Shown one piece after another: positions 1-12,589 of a stretch of 60,000 nucleotides of DNA (within the stretch, counting starts at the first letter, position 1; each line of letters starts with the position of its first letter). The position numbers and the translations under genes were made by a program. A model generated the notes under the pieces. It did not search any database. It had not been told where the DNA came from and saw only the letters and a program-made list of their open reading frames with translations. This stretch comes from Malacoraja senta (Eukaryota), in contig CM075998.1 in the NCBI GenBank assembly GCA_038087875.1, positions 4,280,001 through 4,340,000 of the forward strand, written 5' to 3'.

Positions 1-372
1 ACAACGCTGGAGTAACTCAGCGGGACAGGCAGCATCTCCGGAGAGAAGGAATGGGCGACGTTTCGGGTCGAGACCCTTCTTCAGACTCAACCCAAAACGG
101 ACCCAAGAGGGATCATTGGGACTTCGCCGTCCATCACAGTGAGGAATGTGGAGGAGTCACTGTGGTGGATGTTTATGTTAAAATGTATTTTGTGTGTTCT
201 GTTGCTTTTTATTGGTATGACTGTATCGCAAATGAAATTCCTCGTATGTTGCAAAACATACTTGGCTAATAAAATATGATTATGATTATGATTGAACACT
301 TTGTAACTTTGACCTCACTTATACTTAGCGACTCTTCCATACCTTGTGTGTGGTACACGAGACAAAAAATGT

Positions 373-1013
373 CCATTTATAACAAGAGGACTCGAATATA
401 GGAGCAAAGAGGTCCTTCTGCAGTTGTACAGGGCCCTAGTGAGACCACACCTGGAGTATTGTGTACAGTTTTGGTCCCCTAATTTGAGGATGGACATTCT
501 TGCTATTGAGGGAGTGCAGCGTGGGTTTACAAGGTTAATTCCCGGGATGGCGGGACTGTCATATGCTGAGGGAATGGAGCGGCTGGGCTTGTACACTCTG
601 GAGTTTAGAAGGATGAGAGGGAATCTTATTGAAACATATAAGATTGTTAAGGGTTTGGACACACTAGAAGCAGGAAACATGTTCCCGATGTTGGGGGAGT
701 CCAGAACCAGCGGCCACACAGTTTAAGAATAAGGAGTCAGCCATTTAGAACGGAGACGAGGAAACACTTTTTCTCACAGAGAGTTGTGAGTCTGTGGGAT
801 TCTCTGCCTCAGAGGGCGGTGGAGGCAGGTTCTCTGGATAATTTCAAGAGAGAGCTAGATAGGGCTCTTAAAAATAGCGGAGTCAGGGGATATGGGGAGA
901 AGGCAGGAACGGGGTACTGATTGGGGATGATCAGCCATGATCACATTGAATGGCGGTGCTGGCTCGAAGGGCCGAATGGCCTACTCCTGCACCTATTGTC
1001 TATTGTCTATTGT
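373..1013 (+). mobile_element. CR1-clade LINE 3' fragment (ORF2 C-terminus + 3'UTR)
   Basis: ORF 346-726 'LYRALVRPHLEYCVQFWSP...IEGVQRGFTRLIPG' is a typical CR1 ORF2 C-terminus; ends in a (CTATTGT)n tail. Confidence 0.9.
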
Positions 1014-1719
1014 CCCTGTGACGTGTCACAGGTGATAATGAAGTATCATTTAATCAATAGTACATCACAGGAACAGGCGCACAATGAATCTTCCAGTTTA
1101 CCCTGGACCGCTTCTGTACAGTTTGCTGAGTATGTTTCTAGATTTTACCCTCACTGTGTAAAATGTTTAATTTCCATGCACGGTTTGAATTTTTCATCTT
1201 TTTGTTTTTAGTTCGTTTCAGTGACGCTTCTTCTGGTTTTAATCCGTCGGCGGCAAAAGCAGGTAGTCCAGAGGAAGACTTCGTCAAGCCGTGCATCGAG
1301 GCTCAGTCTCGCTAAAGTTCAATTGCAACAACAACAAACTCACCTCCAGATTCAGGGACAGTTCGTCCCAGCTGTTATCAAGCAACTGAAAGCGTCCTAC
1401 CAACAACAAGAGAGCTACCGTCGACTAAAATGATGATGAGGCCACGTTGGGAGTATTGTGAGCATTTCAGTCATCACACAGGGAAGGATGTGGAGGCTTT
1501 GGCGGAGGATGCTGGAGTAGCTTCACCAGATGCTGCCCGGATCAGAGGGTATTCGCTGTCAGGAGAGGTTGGACAGACTTGGATGGTTTCCGTTGGAACA
1601 TCAGAAGCTGAGGGGAGATCTGGTCGATGTGGATAGTATTATGAGAGGCGTAGATTGGGTAGACAGTCAGAACCTTTTTTTCCCCAGGGTGGAAATGTCA
1701 AAGACAAGATGTCAAATCT

Positions 1720-2100
1720 CAAATGCATCATCACGGACCAGTCGCACCCCGGCCACTCCCTCTTCTCCCCTCTCCCATCAGGCAAGAGGTACAGAAGTGT
1801 GAAAACAAACGCACACACACCTCCAGATTCAGGGGCAGTTTCTTCCCAGCTGTTATCAGGCAACTGAACCGTCCTCTCACCAACTAGAGAGCAATGCTGA
1901 ACTACTATCTACCTCATTGGACTATCTTTGATCGGACTTTACCTCGCACTAAACCGTATACATGATAAACCGTATTTATCATGTATCTGTACACTGTGGA
2001 TGGATCGATTGTAATCATGTATTGTCTTTCCGCTGACTGGTTAGCTCGCAACAACAAAAGCTTTTCACTGTACCTCGGTACACGTCACGATGAACTAAAC
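1720..2100 (+). mobile_element. Rex1/Babar-like LINE 3' fragment
   Basis: 'IITDQSHPGHSLFSPLPSGKRYRSVK' matches the end of the Rex1-like ORF at 16033-16527; same 3'UTR recurs at 5100-5375. Confidence 0.7.
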
Positions 2101-2934
2101 ACAAATATAGATTTTGAACAGCGTCCTGGCTGGGAGAAGTTAAGGAGCACATTCAAGTGTCCAAAATATACACAGGGACCTTTCGGGTGAAATGGGAGTC
2201 AATCTTAAAATTACATCAGCTGTTAGCGGTTTCTGCAAATCTGATGGGACAAGTGACTGAAGCTGTTAATGCAACTAAGGCAAACGGCTTGGCCACTGTA
2301 GGTTATTTTATTCTCAGCTGTAGTGTGAATTGGAAACGGTTGGTTGCCGTCTGAAGGCGTTCATCTTTGCAGCATATGGTAAGCTGACCTTTCACCTCTT
2401 CACCTCCTCACTGCACGAAAGCTCTCTGTGTGTAAACTAAGCTGCCAGCGCAGCCTTTCATTCGCCTGTCATTTACAGAGGTCAGATCCACATTCAATCG
2501 TACGCGGGAGTGTTCAGTTTTGGACGGGAGTCCTTTCGGAAAGTTCCACCAAAGGATAGGAAGAAATAGATCTTCAGTGGACATTGAGAGCACGGATTGT
2601 GGTCTCAGCAAATGTTCTTCATATCACAGGCTGAAGATGTTATCAGTTGATGGAGTTGTCACAGTTTGGACGAAAGCTTAAAAGACCCTAATCAGTGTCT
2701 TTACTGTGTTGGGAAGCAACTGCAGATGCTGGTTTAAACCGAAGACAGACACAAAATGCTGGAGTAACTCAGCGGGACAGGCAGCATCTCTGGAGAGAAG
2801 GAATGGGTGACGTTTCGGGTCGAGACATTTCTTCAGACTGATGTCAGGGGAGAGGGAGATACATAGATAAGGAAGTGTCAGGTGTGAAAACTGGATGAAG
2901 GGGATGGTGATCAAGTCTTTACTGGTTGGCTCAT

Positions 2935-3510
2935 AAGTGGCACAGTAGTGCAGCAGTAGAGTTGCTGCAATGCCCCTGTCCCACTTAGGAAACCTGAACG
3001 GAAACCTCTGGAGACTTTGCGCCCCACCCAAGGTTTCCGTGCGGTTCCCGGAGGTTTTTGTCAGTCTCGCGGCCGGTTTTGAATTTTTTGAAATAATCGC
3101 CGGAACATAGAAGAAGCGGAAACCACCTTTCGACCATTAGGGAGACTGACAAAAACCTCCGGGAACCGCACGGAAACCTTGGGTGGGGGCGCAAAGTCTC
3201 CAGAGGTTTCCGTTCAGGTTTCCTAAGTGGGACAGGGGCATTACTGCGCAGAGGCCCGGGTTCGATCCTGATGACGGGTGCTGTCTGTACGGAGTTTGTA
3301 CGTTCTCCCCGTGACCTTGTGGGTTTTCTCCAGGATCTTTGGTTTCCTCCCACACTCCAAAGACGTGCAGGTTTGTGGACTAATTGGCTTTTCGGAAAAA
3401 TTGTAAATGGTCCCTAATGTGTGTAGGATAGTGTTAGTGTGCGGGGATCGCTGGTCGGCGCGGACTCGGTGGGCGAAGGACCTGTTTCCGCGCTGTATCT
3501 CTAAACTAAA
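2935..3510 (+). mobile_element. tRNA-derived SINE (HE1/V-SINE-like) interrupted by a MITE
   Basis: A-box-like GGCACAGTAGTGCAG, B-box GGTTCGATCC, 3' tail GAAGG(G/A)CCTGTTTCC shared with CR1 3' ends, (CTAAA)n end. Confidence 0.8.
2971..3240. mobile_element. PIF/Harbinger-type MITE
   Basis: Long near-perfect terminal inverted repeats TGCCCCTGTCCCACTT...AAGTGGGACAGGGGCA; TTA on the right flank. Confidence 0.75.
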
Positions 3511-3604
3511 ACTTCCCCAAAAATATCTGAAAATCCATTCATGCCAATCCAAGAAATAGAGAATATAAGTTATAATGAATAAAATAAATCTACAGGCCAT
3601 TGTG

Positions 3605-3930
3605 TACAGAAAGAGTGGATGTGGAGAGGATGTTTCCACCAGTGGGAGAGTCTAGGACAGAGGGCACAGCCTCAGAATTAAGGACGTACCTTTAGAAAGG
3701 AGAGGAGGAGGAATCTCTCCAGTCACAGGGTGGTGAATCTGTGGAATACATTGCCAAGTCAATGGATAGTTTTATGGCGGAGATAGATAGATTCTTGATC
3801 AGTGCGGGTGTCAGGGGTTATGGGGAGAAGGCAGGAGAATGGGGTTAGGAGGGAGAGATAGATCAGCCATGATTGAATGGCGGAGTAGACTTGATGGGCC
3901 GAATGGTCTAATTCTGCTCCTATCACTTAT
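3605..3930 (+). mobile_element. CR1 LINE 3' fragment
   Basis: Same 3' sequence as other CR1 copies (GGGTGGTGAATCTGTGGAAT...GGGCCGAATGG). Confidence 0.8.
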
Positions 3931-5799
3931 GATCCATTGTGCACTGAAATACAAAGATGCAGCAAGAGCAGTTTCTGACAACCAGTGAGCCTACAATGAT
4001 GTGTAGGAAGGAACTGCAGATGCTGGAAAATCTAAGGTAGACAAAAGTGCTGGAGAAACTCAGCGGGTGCAGCAGCATCTATGGAGCGAAGGAAATAGGC
4101 AACGTTTCGGGCCGAAACCCTTCTTCAGACTGCAGATGCTGGTTTATTCAGAGGATAGGCACAAAATGCTGGAGTAACTCAGCGGGTCAGGCAGCATCTC
4201 TGGAGAAATGGAATAGGTGACGTTTCGGGTCGAGACCGTTCTTCAGACCGATTATTGGCTTTGAGTCTGTCACTCTCGTGATAATCTACCCCAGCCTTGG
4301 GCACATCAGGGAATCGAGGACCAGAGGACACAGGTTCAAGGTGAAAGGGAAAAGATTTGATTGGAAACTGAGGGGTAACCTTTTTCACACAGAGGGTGGT
4401 GGGTGTGTGGAACGAGCTGCCAGAGGAGGTAGTTGAGGCTGGGACTATCCCAACGTTTAAGAAACAGTTAGACAGGTACATGGATAGGACGGGTTTAGAG
4501 GGATATGAACCAGGTGGGACTAGTGTAGCTGGGAACATGTTGGCCGGTATGGGGTAAGTTGGGCCGAAGGGGCCTGTTTCCACACTGTATCAGTCTATGA
4601 CTGTATGACATGCACAATTTGGATTTGATGGTGTGACAGAAAGCAGCAGTCACTGAAGAGGCAAAACACCAACTGGAATCAGGAAACAATGGGAACCGAG
4701 GAGATGGGATACACTAACGGAAAAAAAGAAACGCGGCTGGTGGCGTTTATGGAGGGAGGCAACGAAGAAAGGTCCAGGTGCAGTATCCATCAGTGAAGGG
4801 ACTCTGATCTCAGAACAGTGGGGCTTGAGGAAGGGAATTCTGAATAAGGTTTCAGCAGTTTGTTGGCAATGTGGCGATGAGACTTCGTACATCTGCATCC
4901 CCCTTCTAACCTCCCCCCATGTGAGAAAGCCTTTCAATGGCTTTCCAAGTTGGTGTCTGGATCAGATTTACACACTTCCTGCCCTGAAACAAAATAACTG
5001 CACAGACCTTTCTTGGTGAGAGTAAAAGTGAAGAAAGCATCAGGAACTCCTACAATTTGAACTGAGTTCCAGATGCAGCAAGCCTGCCTTTAGAAAAGCT
5101 TTCTTCCAGGCTGTTATCAGGCAACTGAACCATCCTACCAACAACTAGAGAGCAGTCCTGAGCTACAATCTACCTCATTGGAGACCCTTGGACGATCTTT
5201 GATTGGATATTCCTGGACTTTATCTTGCACGAAACATTATTTGCGTCATTCCCTTTATCATCTGTACACTGTGGACGGTTCGATTGTAATCATGTATTGT
5301 CTTTCCGCTGGCTGGTTAGCACGCAGCAAAAGCTTTTCACTGTACCTCGGTACACGTAAACCAAACTAAACTAAATATGACAGACCCACACACACACAGG
5401 ACTAAATATTCACAATGAAAACAATTGCAGAGCCTGGATATTTAGATTGTTTCGTTTTTAGTTTGGTTCGGCTTGGAGGTACAGCGCACCAGCGATCCCC
5501 GCACACTAACACTATCCCACACACACTAGGGACAATTTACCATTTTACCGAGCCAATTACGAACCTGTACGTCTTTGGAGTGTGGGAGGAAACCAGAGCT
5601 TCCCGGAGAAAACCCACGCGGGTCACGGGGAGAACGGACAAACTCTGTACAGACAGGCACCCGTAGTCAGGTTCGAACCTGGGTCCCTGGCGCTGCGCCA
5701 CTGTGCCGCCCTTGATTGGTTTGTCCTGTGGCTTGATTACCTCCATCGTCCACTGCATTCGGGCATGGCGATCACTCTCTGAGTGGCAGTCCCACTGGC

Positions 5800-6890
5800 C
5801 ACCAGAGGAGGTTTACGAGAATGATCCCAGGAATGAGTGGGTTAACATATGATGAGCGTTTGTCGGCACTGGGCCTGTACTTGCTGTAGTTTAGAAGAAT
5901 GAGGGGGGACCTCATTGAAACGTACCGAATAGTGAAAGGCCTGGATAGAGTGGATGTGGAGAGGATGTTTCCACTTGTGGGAGAGTCTAGGACCAGAGGG
6001 CACAGCCTCAAAATAAAAGGATGTACTTTTAGAAAGGAGATGAGGATGAATTTCTTTAGTCAGAGGGTGGTGAATCCGTGGAATTCATTGCCACAGACGG
6101 CTGTGGAGGCCGTCGTTCAAGGTGTGGACTCTTATACATCGTGAGACCAAACATAGGCCGGGCAATTGTTTCACTGAACACCTTCGCTCAGCCCGCCTGG
6201 GCTAACTGATCTCCCAGTTGTCAAACACTTTAATTTCCCCTCCCATTCCCACACTGACCTTTCTGTCCTGGGCCTCCTCCATTGTCAGAGTGAGGCCCAG
6301 CGCAAATTGGAGGAACAGCACCTCATTTTTCGCTTAGGCAGCTTACACCCCAGTGTTATGAGCATTGACTTCTCTAACTTCAAGTAACCCTTTTATCCCA
6401 TCTCTGTCCGCCCCTCCCTCACCCTAGTTGTTGTACTAGTTTCATTGTCGTTTTGTTGAGTCTCATTGTCTGTAACTGGTTTGCACCTCGCCCACAGCTA
6501 ACAATGGCCTGTTTCCTCCATCATTGTTATGTTTTTGCATATCTTTAATTAATTTGTTCTATATCTCTCTATATCTCTCATTTCCCTTTCCCCTTTGACT
6601 CTCAGTCTGAAGAAGGTTCTCGACCCAAAACGTCACCCATTCCTTTTCTCCAGAGATGCTGTCTGACCCACTGGGTTACTCCAGCATTTTGTGTCTATCT
6701 CCAAGTCAATGGAGATTTTTAAGGCGGAGATTGACAGATTCTTGATTAGTACAGATGCCAGGGGTTATGGGGAGAAGGCAGGAGAATGGGGTTGAGAGGG
6801 AGAGATAGATCAGCCATGATTGAATGGTGGAGTGGACTTGATGGGCCGAATGGCCTAATTCTGCTCCTGTTACTTATGAACTTATGAACC
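5800..6890 (+). mobile_element. CR1 LINE 3' fragment with nested Penelope insertion
   Basis: CR1 ORF 5899-6110 breaks after GCTGTGGAGGCC and resumes at CCAAGTCAATGG (~6701). Confidence 0.8.
6112..6700 (+). mobile_element. Penelope-like element 3' fragment (degraded GIY-YIG C-terminus + terminal repeat)
   Basis: Homologous to 21340-21900 (HFN..PSHS, RKLEEQHLIFRLGSLHP) followed by the CTGAAGA-containing terminal repeat. Confidence 0.8.
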
Positions 6891-7588
6891 TCAAACAGAG
6901 AATGCGGTAAAATGCAGGGTGGTCGCATTCAGTCGGTTTAGAGGTAGCTAATCCTACAATTGTACCATGCAAGCCAAACGCTTGTGAATGTAATCGGATG
7001 TGGATCATTGGATTTTAAACATGTTGTGTCATAGCAGCACGTTGTGCCAGAAATCACACATATTGCAGATGAGTGCCCTTACAAACCAGGGTGAATATAT
7101 TCAACATTCTGCAGTGGAATGGGGAAGTTTGCAGAAAACTAGCTTCACGTGGAGTCGTTTTTAGTGGAGCGATTTTTCACATTTAGCGGAGCAATTTCGG
7201 TGTGTCTCAGCAGCGAGCGGGAAATTCCTCTTTTCAATAGATAATAGGCAATAGACAATCGACAATAGGTGCAGGAGTAGGCCATTCGAGCCAGCACAGC
7301 CATTCAATGTGATCATGGCTGATCATCCCCAATCAGTACCCCGTTCCTGCCTTCTCCCCATATCCACTACCCAGGGTTAAATACATCCAAACAATGCTGA
7401 CGTTGGTGCAATCCGCATAGTTTGTCTGCGGTGAGATTTTCGACGTTACCGTTTAAAAAAATAAGTTCTTACTTGATCTGGGAACAAACAAGTTGCTTGA
7501 AACTTGTCCTTTTTTAAAAGGCCCAAAACTCAGACTACATTCTTTGTCCTTACTTAAGATCTGTGACCTTCTCCAACCTCCAACCTTA

Positions 7589-7940
7589 AGGGCCAGTCCC
7601 ACGAGCATGCGACTGCATGCGGCAAGCGCGACCAAACCGGAAGCGGGTGACGCGCGGAGGTCGAGTGATCCCCGTACAGGGCCGGTCCCACCAGCATGCG
7701 ACTGCATGCGGCGAGCGCGACCAAACCGGAAGCGGGGGCCGCGCGGAGGTCGAGTGTGTGACGTGAAGTTCGAGCGAAGTCCGCGGGAAGTTCGCGCGTG
7801 ACGTACGGCGTCAAGATGCTGCGTACGGTGTCGGGACGGTGCGTAGGCGTCGAGGCGGTGCGTACGGCATCGCGGCGGCTGCGGGCCGGCAGGCCGTTGC
7901 CGCGCGGAATTTTTGAACACGTGCTCGTGGGACAGGCCCT
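7589..7940. mobile_element. PIF/Harbinger-type MITE, GC/CpG-rich
   Basis: TIRs AGGGCCAGTCCCACGAGCA / TGCTCGTGGGACAGGCCCT, TTA and TAA flanks; internal ~90-bp duplication. Confidence 0.7.
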
Positions 7941-8196
7941 TAAAGAACCTCCTCTGGGCACTGTTCTTGGACCAGTTTGTTTCGGTCCCTCTACCTCCCA
8001 CCACCCTGGAACACCTTCCATCACTGTAGAATCTATCCATTCAAGAGCAAAATCCCTCTGAATACAAGTGTGGCTTGTCTTGTGGATGTAAAATCACACC
8101 TCATATATTATTTCTATTTCTCACAACACGGAAAGTAGTCATTTGGTTGATTGAGTCAATGCTTGCTGCGATACTTGCTGAGAACTTTAGCTGACT

Positions 8197-8500
8197 TAAG
8201 TTTAGAGATACAGCGTGGAAACAGGCCCTTCGGCCCACCGAGTCCGCGCCAGCCAGCGATCCCCGCACACTCGCACTTATCCTACACACACTAGGGACAA
8301 TTTACAATTTACTGACGCCAATTAGCCTACAAGCCTGTACGTCTTTGGAGTGTGGGAGGAACTCGGATATCTCGGTGAAAACCTACGCAAGTCACGGGGA
8401 GAAAGTACAAACTGCCTACAGAGAGCATCCGTGGTCAGGATCGAATCCGGGTCTCTGGCACTGGAAGGCAGCAACTCTACCGCTGCGCCACCATGACGAC
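8197..8500 (-). mobile_element. HE1/V-SINE-like SINE
   Basis: Reverse complement of the SINE family at 35838-36385; further copies at ~5455-5710(-), 14452-14700(+), 20652-20945(+), 25196-25460(-), 26100-26412(-), 28040-28330(+), 38735-39050(-), 56596-56747(-). Confidence 0.8.
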
Positions 8501-8659
8501 CCTAACTGTAAGAATTTGCAATACATCAATAACGTGAGCTTCACAATGGCTTGACACGTGGAAATCCAACAATGCTGTTCTACGAACCTTACAATTGACG
8601 TTTTTGCTCTTAATCAAAAGCATTTAATAAGATCATAGTTGATCCGATCGTAACCCTAA

Positions 8660-9010
8660 AGGGCCTGTCCCACTTTCCTGAGTTAATCACAAATTCTCCC
8701 GAGTTTTCAAACTCGCAGAATGTTCGTAACGAGTCCGTAGGAGTCCGTGGATATATCGTAGCGGCTCGTTATGCCAGCCGTAGGTACTCGGGGCAACAGG
8801 TAAGTCGGGACGGTTTTTCCAGCCTGATGAAAAATGTCCACGAGTAAAAAAATAGCCCCGAGTACCTACGGCTGGCGTAACGAGCCGCTACGATATATCC
8901 ACGGACTCCTACGGACTCCTTACGGACATTCTGCGAGTTTGAAAACTCGGGAGAATTCGTGAATAACTCAGGAGCATTTGTGAATAACTCGGGAAAGTGG
9001 GACGGGCCCT
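8660..9010. mobile_element. PIF/Harbinger-type MITE
   Basis: TIRs AGGGCCTGTCCCACTTTCC / GGAAAGTGGGACGGGCCCT, TAA target-site duplication, largely palindromic body. Confidence 0.8.
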
Positions 9011-9145
9011 TAACTCTGTATTCTCACCTGGCCCGAATGAACTTTCACCTCCCTGTTTATCAAGAATCCTTCTTCTTCGGCCTTAAAAAATATTAAAATA
9101 CTCAGCTTCCACCACCCTTTACATTCAACGTAGAACATTACAGTG

Positions 9146-10180
9146 GAGGAAGGAACTGCAGATGCCGGTTTACACCGAAGACGGACACAAAGTGCTGGAG
9201 TAACTTAGCTGGACAGGCGGCAACTCTGGAGAACATGGATAGGTGACGTTTCACAGAGTGCTGGAGTAACTCAGCGGGTCAGGCAGCATCTGTGGAGAAC
9301 ATGGATAGGTGACGTTTCACACAGTGCTGGAGTAACTCAGCGGGTCAGGCAGCATCTGTGGAGAACATGGATAGGTGACGTTTCACACAGTGCTGGAGTA
9401 ACTCAGCGGGTCAGGCAGCATCTGTGGAGAACATGGATAGGTGACGTTTCACAGAGTGCTGGAGTAACTCAGCGGGTCAGGCAGCATCTGTGGAGCGAAG
9501 GAAATGGGCAACCTTTTGGACCGAAACCCTGAAGGAAATAGGCAACGTTTCGGGCCGAAACCCGGAAGGGTTTCGGGCCGAAACGTTGCCTATTTCCTTC
9601 GCTCCATAGATGCTGCCGGAACATGGATAGGTGACGTTTCCCAGAGTGCTGGAGTAACTCAGCGGGTCAGGCAGCATCTGTGGAGAACATGGATAGGTGA
9701 CGTTTCACAGAGTGCTGGAGTAACTCAGCGGGTCAGGCAGCATCTGTGGAGAACATGGATAGGTGACGTTTCACAGAGTGCTGGAGTAACTCAGCGGGTC
9801 AGGCAGCATCTGTGGAGAACATGGATAGGTGACGTTTCACAGAGTGCTGGAGTAACTCAGCGGGTCAGGCAGCATCTGTGGAGAACATGGATAGGTGACG
9901 TTTCACAGAGTGCTGGAGTAACTCAGCGGGTCAGGCAGCATCTGTGGAGAACATGGATAGGTGACGTTTCACAGAGTGCTGGAGTAACTCAGCGGGTCAG
10001 GCAGCATCTGTGGAGAACATGGATAGGTGACGTTTCACAGAGTGCTGGAGTAACTCAGCGGGTCAGGCAGCCTCTGTGGAGAACATGGATAGGTGACGTT
10101 TCACAGAGTGCTGGAGTAACTCAGCGGGTCAGGCGGCATCTCTGGTGAAAAGGAATAGGTGACGTTTGCGGTCGAGACCC
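9146..10180 (+). repeat. 66-bp tandem array derived from the Penelope-associated short repeat (~13 units in two blocks)
   Basis: Unit AGAGTGCTGGAGTAACTCAGCGGGTCAGGCAGCATCTGTGGAGAACATGGATAGGTGACGTTTCAC; gives the 22-aa periodicity of ORF 9504-10148. Confidence 0.95.
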
Positions 10181-11632
10181 TACATTCCTTTGTTTGATGA
10201 ATCAAAAGCAAATGAGAAGAGTCTTTTTTTGACTTTCAGAAAATTCCATAGGTAGTTTATTGCTGCAGTTGAATCTGCAGACAATACATGTGCAAGTTTC
10301 TGTTGTTGGCATATATTACTGTTATTTTCTTGGATAATTCCTGTAACAGCTCGTGCATACAAGATTCATTGAGTTCGCTGAAGAAGTTTAAGACAAGGAT
10401 ATTCTGTCTTAGACTTTGGCAGTTTTGCGTGTTGTTTCTTCACTTCCAACTCTGCTATGACTGATGCTATCTTCCTTTTACAAAATGTACAAAAGACCTT
10501 TTTATGACAGTTATGTAATCGCTGAATTCTGCTGTCGTTTTTCCCCGTAGTTTGCCCGATTGCACTGTTATTTTTTTAAGTTTCGCCAGCATTCGTAATA
10601 GCCATCGTGACAAAATGATACGCTTTAAGCTAACGTTAAATCGCAACGTAGGTGGCAACCGTTCCCATAGATGAAAGGATATAACGATTCATATAACGAT
10701 TGGTAGAAGCGGTGTCAGGGGTTATGGGGAGAAGGCAGGAGAATGGGGTTAGGAGGGAGAGATAGATCAGCCATGATTGAATGGTGGAGTAGACTTGATG
10801 GGCCGAATGGCCTAATTCTGCTCCTGTCACTTATGAACTTATGAAGAAGAACTTTTTATGCACTGGGTGGCAAGGGGACACACTTCCGTGATTAGGGGTG
10901 GAGGCAGATTCAAAATGGAGCTGGATAAGCATCTGAAAGGAAATAACTGGATTGCTCCAACAGAAGAGTTCGACGGGCTGAATGGTCTCCTTTGCTGTAA
11001 CCATTCTGTGATTCTGAGAACAGGTTAATCAGAGCCTGTTTTCAGCTCGAGGCAATTTAACATATCGTGTTGATTTTGTTGTTCAGTAGGCCATTCCTGA
11101 AACGTAAGCTGGAGCTGCCAGAGTGAGGTGCGTGAAGGACATTTTCACATAAACCGCAAATTACTTTGCGATGTTCACTCCTGCACGCAGATTCATCCTT
11201 TGGGCTCCGACCAGTAGATTAAATTCCACTTATCTCAGTTCAGGAAAGAAAGAGATCCAACATTTTCCTCGGTGAAATCCTTTTTTCCATCAGTTAACCC
11301 GTCTGTAAAACAAGATGTAAATGCCATTTAATTGTGATGAATTGTGAAAATCCTGGAAATATCCTCGGCTGCAGAAACTGGTTCACAAGTAGTTCTCGAG
11401 CAGCCCTGAATTTCATTTTCTAATCTTGGCGAATATAACTTGGTATATAAACAATGCAAAAACAACGCAGTCGTTGGGCCGAAGGGCTTGTTCCTGCACT
11501 GTAACTCTAAACTCAACTCAACTAAAAGATAGTTCCAATGACTTACAACCTTCTAAGAGAGAAAAAAAGTATTTCATCTCTGTCTTAAATGGGCGATCCC
11601 TTTGTTTTAAACAGTGACCTGAAGTTCTAGAG

Positions 11633-11910
11633 CAGGGATGGGGAACCTTTTAATATTGGAAGGCCCCATTAAGTTAGCTGTAATCTAATAAGGCCGCATC
11701 CAAGAAACTTCAATTAGATATAGGATTATTTCGTTGAATCTTCTTTTACTCTTTGGTATTTTAAATACGTTCATTTTAAGATTAAAATTAAAATAATAAA
11801 AGACGAACAAAAATATATTAATAAAAATAAAAGGATTTGTTCTACAAAATTTGGATTCATTTAAATGGCCGCACTTAATGGCCTAGAAGGCCGCAGGTTC
11901 CACACCCTTG
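11633..11910. mobile_element. hAT-type MITE (probable)
   Basis: Imperfect TIRs CAGGGATGGGGAACCT / AGGTTCCACACCCTTG, AT-rich interior; target duplication only partly preserved (TTCT). Confidence 0.55.
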
Positions 11911-12080
11911 TTCTCCCACTACAGACATTTTCTCTTCACATCCATCCTGTCATGACACTCCATAATCTTATATATTTCAACAAAGGGCCTTCTTACGCTT
12001 CTTACGCTTTGGAGTTCCAGCAGATACACCTTACTCTCAACTTCCTCATAAGAAAACCTACTCATTCCAAGTATCAACCT

Positions 12081-12580
12081 GAAACGTCACCTATCCATGT
12101 TCTCCACAGATGCTGCCTGACCCGCTGAGTTACTCCAGCACTCTGTGAAACATCACCTATCCATGTTCTCCACAGATGCTGCCTGACTCGCTGAGTTACT
12201 CCAGCACTCTGTGAAACGTCACCTATCCATGTTCTCCACAGATGCTGCCTGACCCGCTGAGTTACTCCAGCACTCTGTGAAACGTCACCTATCCATGTTC
12301 TCCACAGATGCTGCCTGACCCGCTGAGTTACTCCAGCACTCTGTGAAACGTCACCTATCCATGTTCTCCAGTGATGCTGCCTGACCTGCTGAGTTACTCC
12401 AGCACTCTGTGAAACGTCACCTATCCATGTTCTCCGCAGATGCTGCCTGACCCGCTGAGTTACTCCAGCACTCTGTGAAACGTCACCTATCCATGTTCTC
12501 CGCAGATGCTGCCTGACCCGCTGAGTTAATCCAGCACTTTGTGTCTTTTAAAACCCCCCAGCATCTGCAGTTCCCTTATC
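12081..12580 (-). repeat. 66-bp tandem array (~7 units), inverted relative to 9146-10180
   Basis: Reverse complement of the same 66-bp unit. Confidence 0.95.
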
Positions 12581-12589
12581 TACATTCCC

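Noticed and set aside
1212..1315. Possible terminal exon (ag|TTCGTTTC...RFSDASSGFNPSAAKAGSPEEDFVKPCIEAQSR*) of an upstream gene
   Set aside because: Plausible acceptor but no recognisable homology and no partner exons; needs RNA-seq or BLAST
2350..2680. Unique sequence with an open frame after an AG (also 4640-5020 and 10190-10660)
   Set aside because: No recognisable protein similarity or consistent splice structure; I found no exons of expected neighbours such as senp1
7453..8061. Overlapping long GC-rich ORFs and an apparent CpG island
   Set aside because: They coincide with a MITE; GC richness explains the lack of stops
9504..10148. 214-aa ORF with 22-aa repeats; also superficially CRISPR-like
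   Set aside because: Read-through of a 66-bp tandem repeat with no unique spacers, no cas genes and a vertebrate context
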